A stretch of DNA of 64,000 nucleotides from an uncultured Clostridia bacterium. Lineage in GTDB: Bacteria; Bacillota; Clostridia; Christensenellales; CAG-138. The translations under genes were made by a program, and so were the position numbers. Location: positions 1-64,000 of the forward strand of contig CALVWJ010000001.1 of assembly GCA_944366945.1 (NCBI GenBank), read 5' to 3'. Under the pieces are notes generated by a model, which worked only from the letters and a program-made list of their open reading frames with translations, was not told the DNA's origin and ran no database searches. Numbering within the stretch: position 1 is the first letter of the stretch; each line of letters begins with the position of its first letter. Shown here piece by piece: positions 21,801 to 30,493 of this stretch.

Positions 21801-23705
21801 CCTGTGAAATATTCGCTATTGACGTTGCACAACCCTATGCTGCGGGAGCGGCATGTGGGCGTGGTTTATGCGGCGGAATGGGTGCTTTCCAGCCTGCCGC
21901 ATCCCGAGGCGGTGCACACGCGCTTTGACGGCCACGCCTGCTATGCAGAAAATCTGCGGGAACCCGCTGCAACCCAGGCCTATATTGCCATGGCAGGCGG
22001 AGCGGATGCAGTAGAGTGTGCAACATGCCGGGAGGATGTGCTCTGCGGCGGCTGGGCGCGCGATGCCTGGGATGCTGTGGAAAACGCCTATGGAACGGGT
22101 TTTTGTGCGCTGCGCACGCAGCTTACGCTTGCCCCGGGTGAAACGCGCACCCTGGTGTTATTGATGGGCGAGGATACGCCGGAAACGATTGCCCCGCTTA
22201 TCTCCTTGGATGCGCACGCGGTGCAAGCGCGCCTCCAGATGGTAAAAGCACTCTGGCAGGCACGGCTTGCCGCCGTGCAGGTGCAGACGCCGGATCGGGG
22301 GATGAATGTGCTCCTCAATGGGTGGCTGCTTTACCAGACGTGGAGCGCCCGCGTGCTTGGCCGCACGGGGTATTACCAATGCGGCGGCGCCATCGGCTTT
22401 AGGGATCAGCTCCAGGATATGCTTTGCCTCCTGCATATGGATCCTGCGCGCGTGCGTGCACATCTGCTGTTGTGCGCTGCGCGCCAGTTCGAGGCAGGGG
22501 ATGTGCTGCACTGGTGGCATCCGCCGGCAAATGGCGTGCGTACCCACATCACAGATGATCGGCTGTTCCTGCCTTATGTGGCGCTTGCCTATGCGGAAGC
22601 CACGGGGGATGCATCCATCTGGGATGTGAGCGTGCCTTACCTTCAAGATAAACCCATTCCGGAAGGGGCGCGCGATCTGTATTGCGCGATGGAAGAAGGG
22701 GAGAAACAAGAGCCGATTTACCTGCACTGCGCACGGGCAATTGAGTGCACGCTTGCATTTGGCCCACATGGCTTGCCGCTGATGGGGGATGGCGATTGGA
22801 ACGACGGCATGGATCGAGTAGGAGAAGACGGCGGTGAAAGCGTCTGGCTCGGCATGTTCCTTGTGGATGTGCTTTCCCGTTTTGCACCGATTGCCGCACA
22901 GCGCGGAGATGATGCGCGCGCTGCGCATTATACCGCATCCGCAGAGCAGCTTCGCGCTGCATTGGAGGAGGCGGGCTGGGATGGCGCCTGGTACCGCCGG
23001 GCATATTTTGCAAACGGGGAGAGCCTCGGTTCACGCGGCAGCGCTGCTTGCGCGATCGATCTGCTCAGCCAGGCATGGGCTGCAATCTGCGGCCTTGCGC
23101 ATGCGCAGGAGGCGTTTGATTCTGCAATGGCGCTACTTGTAAACCGGGAAAATGGCCTGGTACGGTTGCTTGCACCACCGTTTGAACGACCAGATGCAAA
23201 CGTTGGGTATATCAGTAACTATCTCGCAGGCGTGCGGGAAAACGGCGGGCAGTATACACATGCTGCGGCATGGCTGCTGCGCGCGGCCTGCCGCTTGAAA
23301 AAGGCGGATTGCGCGCAGGAGCTTTTCTCCATGCTCAACCCAATCTCGCATGCGGATAGCACGTTTTCCATGCGGCGCTACAAAGCGGAGCCCTATGTGC
23401 TTGCCGGCGACGTTTATGCCGTGGGCCGTAACGCAGGGCGTGGCGGCTGGACCTGGTATACCGGCGCAGCCGGCTGGCTCTATACGGTTGTGCTTTCGGA
23501 TGTCCTTGGCGTGGTGCGGCGAGGGGAGCGCTTGTTTGTTTCGCCATGCACACAATTTCCGGAATACACCGTGCGCTACCGCTTTGGAAACGCAGTATAT
23601 GCAATCACGGTACGCGGCGGAGCGCAGGGGCCGCAGGATGGAATTCCACTTGTGGACGATGGCCTCATCCACAACCTTTTGATCGAGCCGGGGAAGGCTA
23701 CTTGA
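15878..23705 (+). CDS. Cyclic beta-1,2-glucan synthase-like giant membrane glycosyltransferase (GT84 domain + GH94 phosphorylase-like domain), about 2609 aa
   Basis: TAGGAGGG RBS 7 nt before the ATG at 15878. GT84-type DxD motif LTLDADTLLPPGA. TM clusters before and after the GT domain. GH94 signatures LISWSGTMFEYLMPAL and GGAIGFRDQLQDM. Overall Cgs/NdvB/ChvB architecture. Confidence 0.8.
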
Positions 23706-23736
23706 AATGCGGAGGCGTTTGCGGTAAAGTAAAGGC

Positions 23737-25662
23737 ATGACAAAGCAAACGCCTCCTGCATATCCATCCAATTTTCTGCCTACTACGGCTGCGGAACTTG
23801 CCGCACGCGGCATTGTGCAGCTTGATTTCGTATATATTATTGGCGATGCTTATGTAGACCACCCGAGCTTTGGGCCAGCGATCATCAGCCGCGTGCTCGA
23901 AAGCCACGGATACACGGTCGGCATCATTGCCCAGCCGGATTGGCACAGCGCAGAGGAAATGAAACGCCTGGGCCGGCCGCGTCTTGCGTTCCTTATCAGC
24001 GCGGGAAACATTGATTCCATGGTAAACCATTATACCTCCGCAAAAAAACGCCGCTCCAGCGATGCTTATACTCCTGGCGGCGAAGCGGGCAGGCGGCCCG
24101 ACCGCGCGACGATCGTTTATGCGAACCGCGCGCGGGAGGCTTATCGTGGCGTCCCGGTGGTGATAGGAGGCATTGAAGCAAGCCTTCGGCGCTTTGCACA
24201 TTACGATTATTGGGATGATAAAGTGCGAAGGAGCATCCTTGCAGATTCTGGCGCCGATCTCCTCATTTACGGCATGGGCGAACGGCAAATTGTTGAGATT
24301 GCAGATGCGCTTGCAAGTGGCTTGCCAATCGAGCAGGTTACCTACATAAATGGAACCTGCTACATGACCCGTTCCTTGGAACAGGTTTATGAATACGAGC
24401 AAATCGAAAGCTATGAGGCTGTTGCACGGGATAAAAAAGCATATGCATCCGCCTTTATGACGCAATATAGGGAACAGGATGCCATTCGGGGGAAACGCCT
24501 CGTGCAGCCGCATGGGGATGGGTTCCTCGTGGTCAACCCGCCGGCCGCTCCGTTGACGACAGAAGAACTTGACGCAGTCTATGAACTCCCTTACATGCGC
24601 GCGCCACACCCTTCTTATCAAAAAGAGATACCGGCCCTTTTCGAGGTAAAGTTTTCACTTACTTCTTGCCGCGGGTGTTTTGGCGCATGCGCATTCTGCG
24701 CGCTTACGTTCCACCAAGGCCGGGTAATTTCCGCGCGCAGCCATGCATCGCTCCTGCGGGAGGCGGAGCTGCTCACCCGCCAGCCGGATTTTAAAGGAAA
24801 CATCCACGATGTCGGCGGCCCAACGGCGAACTTCCGCCAGCCAGCCTGCAAAAAGCAGCGCAAAAACGGCGTGTGCGCCGACCGGCAATGCCTGGGCTTT
24901 ACGCCCTGCAAAAACCTCGAGGTGGATCATCGGGACTATATCGCATTGCTGCAAAAACTTTCAGCGGTGCCCGGAGTAAAGCATGTCTTTGTTCGTTCGG
25001 GAATTCGCTATGATTATGTGATGTATGATAAAAGCGATGCCTTTTTGCGCACGCTGATTCAAAACCATGTTTCGGGGCATCTCAAAGTGGCGCCAGAACA
25101 CGTATCCGATCGGGTGCTGCTGCGCATGGGCAAGCCTGCCTGCACCCTTTATGACCGCTTTGTTGCAAAATTCATGCAGCTGAACCGCAACCTTGGTAAA
25201 GAGCAGTATATTGTGCCATATTTCATGTCTTCTCACCCTGGAAGCGATCTCGCAGCAGCGGTAGAACTTGCTGAATACCTAAAGCGAACTGGGCAGCGGC
25301 CGGAGCAAGTGCAGGATTTTTATCCAACGCCCGGCACGCTTTCCACATGCATGTATTATACTGGATTTGACCCGCGCACGGGTGAGCGGGTTTACGTGCC
25401 TCGGAGTGCATCTGAAAAGGCAATGCAACGTGCGCTGATGCAATACTTTATGCCGCAATATCGAGCGCTTGCACGCAAAGCGCTCGAGAAGGCAGGCAGG
25501 GAGGATCTCATCGGCTTTGGAAAACATGCACTTGTACCCCCGGCTAAACAGAATATAGAAGGAAATGAAAATAAAAAATGCAGGAAAACAAGACGGAACT
25601 TGCATGAAAAGGGCGGAAAAATGCTGCGAAATACGCGTAGAGACGCTTCAAGGCACCGCTGA
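23737..25662 (+). CDS. ygiQ: YgiQ family radical SAM protein (UPF0313)
   Basis: N-terminal YgiQ-specific domain (IIGDAYVDHPSFG) and radical SAM core (SCRGCFGACAFC). Confidence 0.85.
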   Translation: MTKQTPPAYPSNFLPTTAAELAARGIVQLDFVYIIGDAYVDHPSFGPAIISRVLESHGYTVGIIAQPDWHSAEEMKRLGRPRLAFLISAGNIDSMVNHYTSAKKRRSSDAYTPGGEAGRRPDRATIVYANRAREAYRGVPVVIGGIEASLRRFAHYDYWDDKVRRSILADSGADLLIYGMGERQIVEIADALASGLPIEQVTYINGTCYMTRSLEQVYEYEQIESYEAVARDKKAYASAFMTQYREQDAIRGKRLVQPHGDGFLVVNPPAAPLTTEELDAVYELPYMRAPHPSYQKEIPALFEVKFSLTSCRGCFGACAFCALTFHQGRVISARSHASLLREAELLTRQPDFKGNIHDVGGPTANFRQPACKKQRKNGVCADRQCLGFTPCKNLEVDHRDYIALLQKLSAVPGVKHVFVRSGIRYDYVMYDKSDAFLRTLIQNHVSGHLKVAPEHVSDRVLLRMGKPACTLYDRFVAKFMQLNRNLGKEQYIVPYFMSSHPGSDLAAAVELAEYLKRTGQRPEQVQDFYPTPGTLSTCMYYTGFDPRTGERVYVPRSASEKAMQRALMQYFMPQYRALARKALEKAGREDLIGFGKHALVPPAKQNIEGNENKKCRKTRRNLHEKGGKMLRNTRRDASRHR

Positions 25663-25753
25663 AAAGGAATGCGTGAAAACCACAAAATTAAAAATGCATT
25701 CTTCATTTCTGACTTTCTTTTCACGATTCCTTATGATAAAATCATAGAAAGTA

Positions 25754-25797
25754 GCATGCCGTGCTAAGAAACGGCATGCGTTGGCCTATTTATTTTC
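25754..25797 (+). terminator. Terminator hairpin between ygiQ and the hydrogenase-flavoprotein operon
   Basis: gcatgccgt-gctaagaa-acggcatgc followed by a T-rich stretch. Confidence 0.45.
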
Positions 25798-25815
25798 AAG
25801 GAGGGTAAAAGACAC

Positions 25816-26304
25816 ATGGACAATGGACAGGGCGCTCGGAAAGAACTTTACGAGCAGCTGGACAAAGTCATCCTGCAATGGAAAGACCAGCCCGGTGGGC
25901 TACTCCCGATCATGCAGAATGCGCAGGAGATTTTTGGTTGTGTGGATGAAGATGTGCAGCACTATATCTCCAAAGAGGTGGGCGTTCCCGTATCTACTAT
26001 TTATGGTGTAGCAACGTTCTATTCCCAGTTTACATTGCAACCCAAAGGAAAATATGCGATCGGCCTTTGCCTTGGAACGGCCTGCTATGTGCGTGGCTCT
26101 CAGCTCGTTATGGACGAACTGGTCAAACAGCTTGGCGTCGAGCCTGGCCATACTACGCCGGACGGCCTGTTTACCTTGGATGCCACCCGTTGCATCGGCT
26201 GCTGCGGCCTTGCCCCCGCAATGATGATTAATGACGACGTTTATGGAAAAGTAACGCCGGAGGAAGTATCTGGCATTCTGAATAAATATCGCCAAATCGG
26301 CTGA
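25816..26304 (+). CDS. NuoE-like [2Fe-2S] thioredoxin-fold subunit (HydC/HndA-type flavoprotein small subunit)
   Basis: Cys pattern C..C....CxxxC (GLCLGTACYVRG...RCIGCCGLAP) typical of the NuoE 24-kDa family. GGAGGG RBS. Confidence 0.85.
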   Translation: MDNGQGARKELYEQLDKVILQWKDQPGGLLPIMQNAQEIFGCVDEDVQHYISKEVGVPVSTIYGVATFYSQFTLQPKGKYAIGLCLGTACYVRGSQLVMDELVKQLGVEPGHTTPDGLFTLDATRCIGCCGLAPAMMINDDVYGKVTPEEVSGILNKYRQIG

Positions 26305-26321
26305 AAAACGAGGAGCACCGC

Positions 26322-26684
26322 GTGAAAGTATCCCAAATTGCGCAGATCCTGCGGGCAGAAGTCCGTTGCGGGGAAGAAAACCTTGGGTTGGATATTCCCT
26401 ATGCCGTCGCAAGCGATATGATGAGCGATGTGCTGGTTTGCAACGACTCTGACCGCGTGCTGATTTCCGGGCTTTGCACAGTGCATACTGTACTTACGGC
26501 CCAGATTTTGGATTTGCGCGCCATCGTATTCGTGCGCGGCAAGCGCCCTACCCCGGAAATGATCGAGGTAGCAGAGGAAAATGGGATCACTGTCCTCTGC
26601 ACGGATATGAGCATGTTTAACACCTGCGGCGAGCTCTACAAGCATGGCATGAAAGGACGCGCGCGCCCGGATGGAACGGATTGA
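26322..26684 (+). CDS. DRTGG domain protein
   Basis: 120-aa protein with the arrangement LISGLCTVHTVLTAQILDLRAIVFVRG typical of DRTGG domains. Sits in the hydrogenase regulatory cluster. Confidence 0.55.
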   Translation: MKVSQIAQILRAEVRCGEENLGLDIPYAVASDMMSDVLVCNDSDRVLISGLCTVHTVLTAQILDLRAIVFVRGKRPTPEMIEVAEENGITVLCTDMSMFNTCGELYKHGMKGRARPDGTD

Positions 26685-27114
26685 AAAAGAGACGACCTAT
26701 CAGGAAACACGCAAAGTTGAGAAGGGGGATTTTGCTGCAGCAGGGCAGATTTCCGCTTCGTATAAAAACATGCTGAAACGGTTGGGAGTAGACTCCAAAG
26801 TGGTGCGCAGGCTTGCCATTGCTTCTTATGAAGCAGAAATCAATCTTGCGATTCACACGTTTGGCGGAAGTATGACCATTACGGTTTACCCCGACCACAT
26901 TGTTCTCGTCGTTAAGGATACGGGTCCGGGCATTGCAGATATCGGCCTTGCGATGCAGGAAGGCTATTCTACCGCATCGGAACAGGTGCGCATGCTGGGA
27001 TTTGGTGCCGGAATGGGACTTCCAAATATGAAACGCTGCTCGGATACTTTTGAGATCACCTCTGAGTTAGGAATTGGAACAACGATTGAAATGGGCTTTC
27101 TTTTAACTCCATAA
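26671..27114 (+). CDS. GHKL-type ATP-binding protein (anti-sigma-factor/RsbW-like Ser kinase fold)
   Basis: N, G1 and G2 boxes (EAEINLAIHT, VKDTGPGIAD, GFGAGMGLPN). Confidence 0.65.
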   Translation: MERIEKETTYQETRKVEKGDFAAAGQISASYKNMLKRLGVDSKVVRRLAIASYEAEINLAIHTFGGSMTITVYPDHIVLVVKDTGPGIADIGLAMQEGYSTASEQVRMLGFGAGMGLPNMKRCSDTFEITSELGIGTTIEMGFLLTP

Positions 27115-27175
27115 ATCGTAATGGAATCAATCCGCCTGGAGCGGTCCAGCGCACACGCTGGCAGAAGGAGTGCGT

Positions 27176-28459
27176 ATGGATAAAAAACAGATCTACCATA
27201 GCGTTAAACTGGAAAAGGACAAATGCGTAGGTTGCACAACATGCTTAAAGCGGTGCCCGATGGAATGCATCCGTGTGCGTAACGGAAAGGCGAGTATCCT
27301 TTACGAACTGTGTATTGATTGCGGCGTATGCGTGCGCATTTGCCCGCACAACGCGAAGGTCGCGCAGACGGATCCGATCAATGAGATCTTCCGTTACAAA
27401 CACCGCATTGCACTGCCTGCGCCAACGCTTTATGGGCAATTTCGAAACGTTACAAGCGTAGACCATGTACTCAGTGCCTTGCTTTCACTCGGGTTTAGCG
27501 ATGTGTTTGAGGTAGCACGCGCAGCGGATATTGTATCTGCCACCATGCGCGAGCTGCTGAAGACCACAACGGCCAGGCCGCTGATTTCTTCTGCTTGCCC
27601 TGCGGTCGTAGCTCTTATCCAGGTTCGTTTCCCGGAGTTGCTTCCAAATGTTGCCAACGTGCTTTCCCCCAAGGAGGTGGCAGGCAAGATGGCAAAGGAG
27701 GAATACTCCAGGGAGCACAATGTCCCTATTGAAGAAATTGGTGCGTTTTTTATCACCCCATGCCCGGCAAAAATGGCTAGCATCCATTCTGGACGGAGTG
27801 GCTATGTGGATGGCGCAATTGCAATTCAAGATATTTATGGTCTGCTTTCTTCCCAGCTTAGACAGCCTGTTTCGGAGAAAATTCGTAAGAAACGTCATGC
27901 GAGCTGGCAGGGCGTCAATTGGGCCACCTATGGCGGCGAGTGCGCATCGCTCCATCGTAGCAATACGCTTTCGGTGGATGGCATCCATAATGTAATTTAT
28001 GCGCTTGAGGAAATTGAAAACGGAAAGCTGGATGATCTTGAGTTCTTTGAAGGCTCTGCCTGTGAAGGCGGTTGTGTGGGTGGGCCGCTGGTGTTTGAAA
28101 ATGCCTTTGTTGCCCAAAACACGGTGCGCAAACTTGTGGAGCGCATGCGGGAAGAGGATGGCGATCTTCCGCCTGCCCTGCCTGCACCGCGGGATGACAT
28201 TTTGACGGATCCGTGTGCTCCGAGGGATACGCTAAAGCTTTCTGATAATATTGCTGAGGCAATCAGCATGATGGAGCGCATTGACGAACTTACAAAAACC
28301 TTTAAGGGGCTTGATTGCGGCTCCTGCGGCAGCCCAACCTGTCGCACGCTTGCAGAGGACATCGTTCTCGGGTATGCCAAGGAAGTGGACTGCGTGTTTA
28401 AGCTTAAGGAAAAGGTAGAGCAGCTTGCACGCCAGATGGTGGATTTGACCAACCTGTAG
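27176..28459 (+). CDS. HydS-like putative sensory [FeFe] hydrogenase: 2x[4Fe-4S] ferredoxin domain, degenerate H-cluster domain, C-terminal Cys4 motif
   Basis: N-terminal CVGCTTCLKRCP and CIDCGVCVRICP. H-cluster motifs altered relative to catalytic HydA: L1 SSACP instead of TSCCP, L2 TPCPAKM, L3 EGSACEGGCVGGP instead of MACPGGC. C-terminal CGSCGSPTC(x16)C. Confidence 0.75.
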   Translation: MDKKQIYHSVKLEKDKCVGCTTCLKRCPMECIRVRNGKASILYELCIDCGVCVRICPHNAKVAQTDPINEIFRYKHRIALPAPTLYGQFRNVTSVDHVLSALLSLGFSDVFEVARAADIVSATMRELLKTTTARPLISSACPAVVALIQVRFPELLPNVANVLSPKEVAGKMAKEEYSREHNVPIEEIGAFFITPCPAKMASIHSGRSGYVDGAIAIQDIYGLLSSQLRQPVSEKIRKKRHASWQGVNWATYGGECASLHRSNTLSVDGIHNVIYALEEIENGKLDDLEFFEGSACEGGCVGGPLVFENAFVAQNTVRKLVERMREEDGDLPPALPAPRDDILTDPCAPRDTLKLSDNIAEAISMMERIDELTKTFKGLDCGSCGSPTCRTLAEDIVLGYAKEVDCVFKLKEKVEQLARQMVDLTNL

Positions 28460-28487
28460 CAGGGAAGAAAACGTATGGGAGGCAAAC

Positions 28488-28823
28488 ATGACCGTTGCGC
28501 AATTGATAGAACCGCTGGAATTGACGTTGCTAACGCCGCAAACAAGCCTTGAACGCGAGGTAACAGGTGGCTGTGTCTGCGATCTGCTCAGCTTTGTGAT
28601 GGCGCGCGGGGATGCGGGCATGGCCTGGATCACTGTGCAGACACACTTGAACGTGATCGCGGTTGCTAGCTTGCATGAGTTTTCCTGCGTGATTGTGGCC
28701 GAAGGCTCTGCGGTGGAGCCGGAAACGCTTGCTAAAGCTACGGAAGAGGATATTCCGGTGCTGCGCAGCGCGCTTTCCGAATATACGCTCAGCGGCAGAC
28801 TGTATGCGCTAGGCGTGCGCTGA
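28488..28823 (+). CDS. DRTGG domain protein (second copy)
   Basis: 111 aa, similar architecture to 26322-26684 (WITVQTHLNVIAVASL...VIVAEG). Confidence 0.5.
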   Translation: MTVAQLIEPLELTLLTPQTSLEREVTGGCVCDLLSFVMARGDAGMAWITVQTHLNVIAVASLHEFSCVIVAEGSAVEPETLAKATEEDIPVLRSALSEYTLSGRLYALGVR

Positions 28824-28829
28824 AAAACG

Positions 28830-29537
28830 ATGAAAAGCCCGGTGGACCTGCACATCCACTCCTGCCTTTCGCCCTGCGCAGATGATGATATGACCCCCTG
28901 GAACATCGTGGGCATGGCAAAACTCAAAGGGCTGGCTGCCGTTGCTGTGTGCGATCACAACAGTGCGCGCAACCTACCTGCAGCATGCAAGGCGGGCAGG
29001 GAATACGGCGTGTGCGTGCTGCCCGGAATCGAGGTCACGAGCCGGGAGGATGTGCACCTGCTCTGCTATTTTGAAACGCTTAGCCAAGCCATGGATATGG
29101 GAATGCGGATCGAACGTGAACAGCCCCACATCAAGAACAAACCGGAGCTGTTTGGCCATCAGATCCTTGTGGATGAAGATGATACATTTTTGGGGGAGGC
29201 AGAACATCTCCTGCTTGCGGCGTGCAACCTTTCCATTTCGGATCTTGCGCAGGCTGCATGGGAGCTTGGCGGCGTGATGGTTCCGGCGCACATTAACAAG
29301 GGGGCGAACAGCCTTTTGCCGGTGCTGGGCATGCTGCCCGAAAATATCGCGTTGCCAACGGTGGAAATCTTTCGGACGGTGCCGCATCGCGCGGCGGGAA
29401 AGCTCTGCCTTCATGCGAGCGACGCACACACGCTTGTTGATATCCGCGAAGCGGAGGACGCCTGCGTGCTGGAACTTCAAGAACTTACGCCGGCAGCCCT
29501 TATCCAGGTGCTGCGCAAGGGAAAGGGGGAAACGTGA
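28830..29537 (+). CDS. PHP domain phosphoesterase
   Basis: N-terminal HIHS and DHN metal-binding motifs (VDLHIHSCLSPCADD...AVCDHNS) characteristic of the PHP family. Confidence 0.7.
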   Translation: MKSPVDLHIHSCLSPCADDDMTPWNIVGMAKLKGLAAVAVCDHNSARNLPAACKAGREYGVCVLPGIEVTSREDVHLLCYFETLSQAMDMGMRIEREQPHIKNKPELFGHQILVDEDDTFLGEAEHLLLAACNLSISDLAQAAWELGGVMVPAHINKGANSLLPVLGMLPENIALPTVEIFRTVPHRAAGKLCLHASDAHTLVDIREAEDACVLELQELTPAALIQVLRKGKGET

Positions 29538-30094
29538 AGGAGATTTCGCTGCATATACTTGACCTGGCACAAAATTCCATCCGTGCAGGTGCGGGCAATG
29601 TGCTGATCCGCATCGAGGAAGACAGCGCTGCGGATACCTTTTCGGTCTCCCTTACCGACGATGGCTGCGGCATGGGCGCGGAGATGGCAAAATCGGTGCA
29701 AAACCCGTTTGTGACCACGCGCACCACCCGCAAGGTCGGGTTGGGCATTCCGCTGTTTAAGGCTGGCTGCGAGAACTGCGCAGGCACATTTACGCTGGAA
29801 AGTGAATTGGGGCGCGGGACACGCATTGCCGGCACCTATCAGCGCAGCCATATTGACCGGCCGCCGCTTGGCAACATTGCGGACACCATTGCAATGCTCA
29901 TCGCGGCCAATCCAAAGCTTCACCTTAGATATGAGCATAAGCTCAACGGCGAGGAATACGCACTTGATACGGCGGAGATCCAGGAGATCCTGGGCGAGGT
30001 TCCGCTGGATACGCCGGAAGTGACCGCCTTTATCGCCGAATTTATCCATAGCAACGAATCAGAATTAGAATCAACGGAGGTACAGAAATCATGA
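29534..30094 (+). CDS. GHKL-type ATP-binding protein (second histidine-kinase-like ATPase)
   Basis: HATPase_c boxes (HILDLAQNSIRAG, LTDDGCGMG, GLGIPL). Translationally coupled to the PHP gene. Confidence 0.6.
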   Translation: MKEISLHILDLAQNSIRAGAGNVLIRIEEDSAADTFSVSLTDDGCGMGAEMAKSVQNPFVTTRTTRKVGLGIPLFKAGCENCAGTFTLESELGRGTRIAGTYQRSHIDRPPLGNIADTIAMLIAANPKLHLRYEHKLNGEEYALDTAEIQEILGEVPLDTPEVTAFIAEFIHSNESELESTEVQKS

Positions 30095-30459
30095 AGACAC
30101 TCAAAGAGTTAGAGGCGATCCGGCAGAAAACGCTCAATGAGCTCAATCTGCGCAAAAACCGCGAGGATGGTATTCGCGTGGTGGTCGGCCTTGCCACCTG
30201 CGGCATCGCGGCGGGCGCGCGCCCGGTCATGGCCGCCTTTGTGGACGAGGTGAATAAGCGCCAGCTTACCAACGTCACGGTTTCCCAAACTGGCTGCATC
30301 GGACTTTGCCGCTTGGAACCCATCGTGGAAGTCTATCTCCCAGGCCAGGAGAAGGTAACCTATTGCAAGGTAACCCCGGATCAAGTGGGGCGCATCGTAT
30401 CGGAGCATATCGTCAACGGGAACCCCGTTATGGAATACACCATCGGCAATTTTGAGTAA
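30091..30459 (+). CDS. Thioredoxin-like [2Fe-2S] ferredoxin domain protein
   Basis: Cys pattern LATCGIAAG...GCIGLCRLEP typical of the NuoE-like/HndB 2Fe-2S fold. Confidence 0.7.
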   Translation: MKTLKELEAIRQKTLNELNLRKNREDGIRVVVGLATCGIAAGARPVMAAFVDEVNKRQLTNVTVSQTGCIGLCRLEPIVEVYLPGQEKVTYCKVTPDQVGRIVSEHIVNGNPVMEYTIGNFE

Positions 30460-30493
30460 AAATCACTGAAGGACAAGAAGGAGAGTTAAGAAG

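Noticed and set aside
16150-23813. Numerous 60-340-aa ORFs on the minus strand and in alternative + frames inside the giant cgs-like gene
   Set aside because: All are nested inside a single well-supported 2609-aa ORF. They have biased R/A/P-rich composition and no RBS or motifs, so they are GC-driven artefacts.
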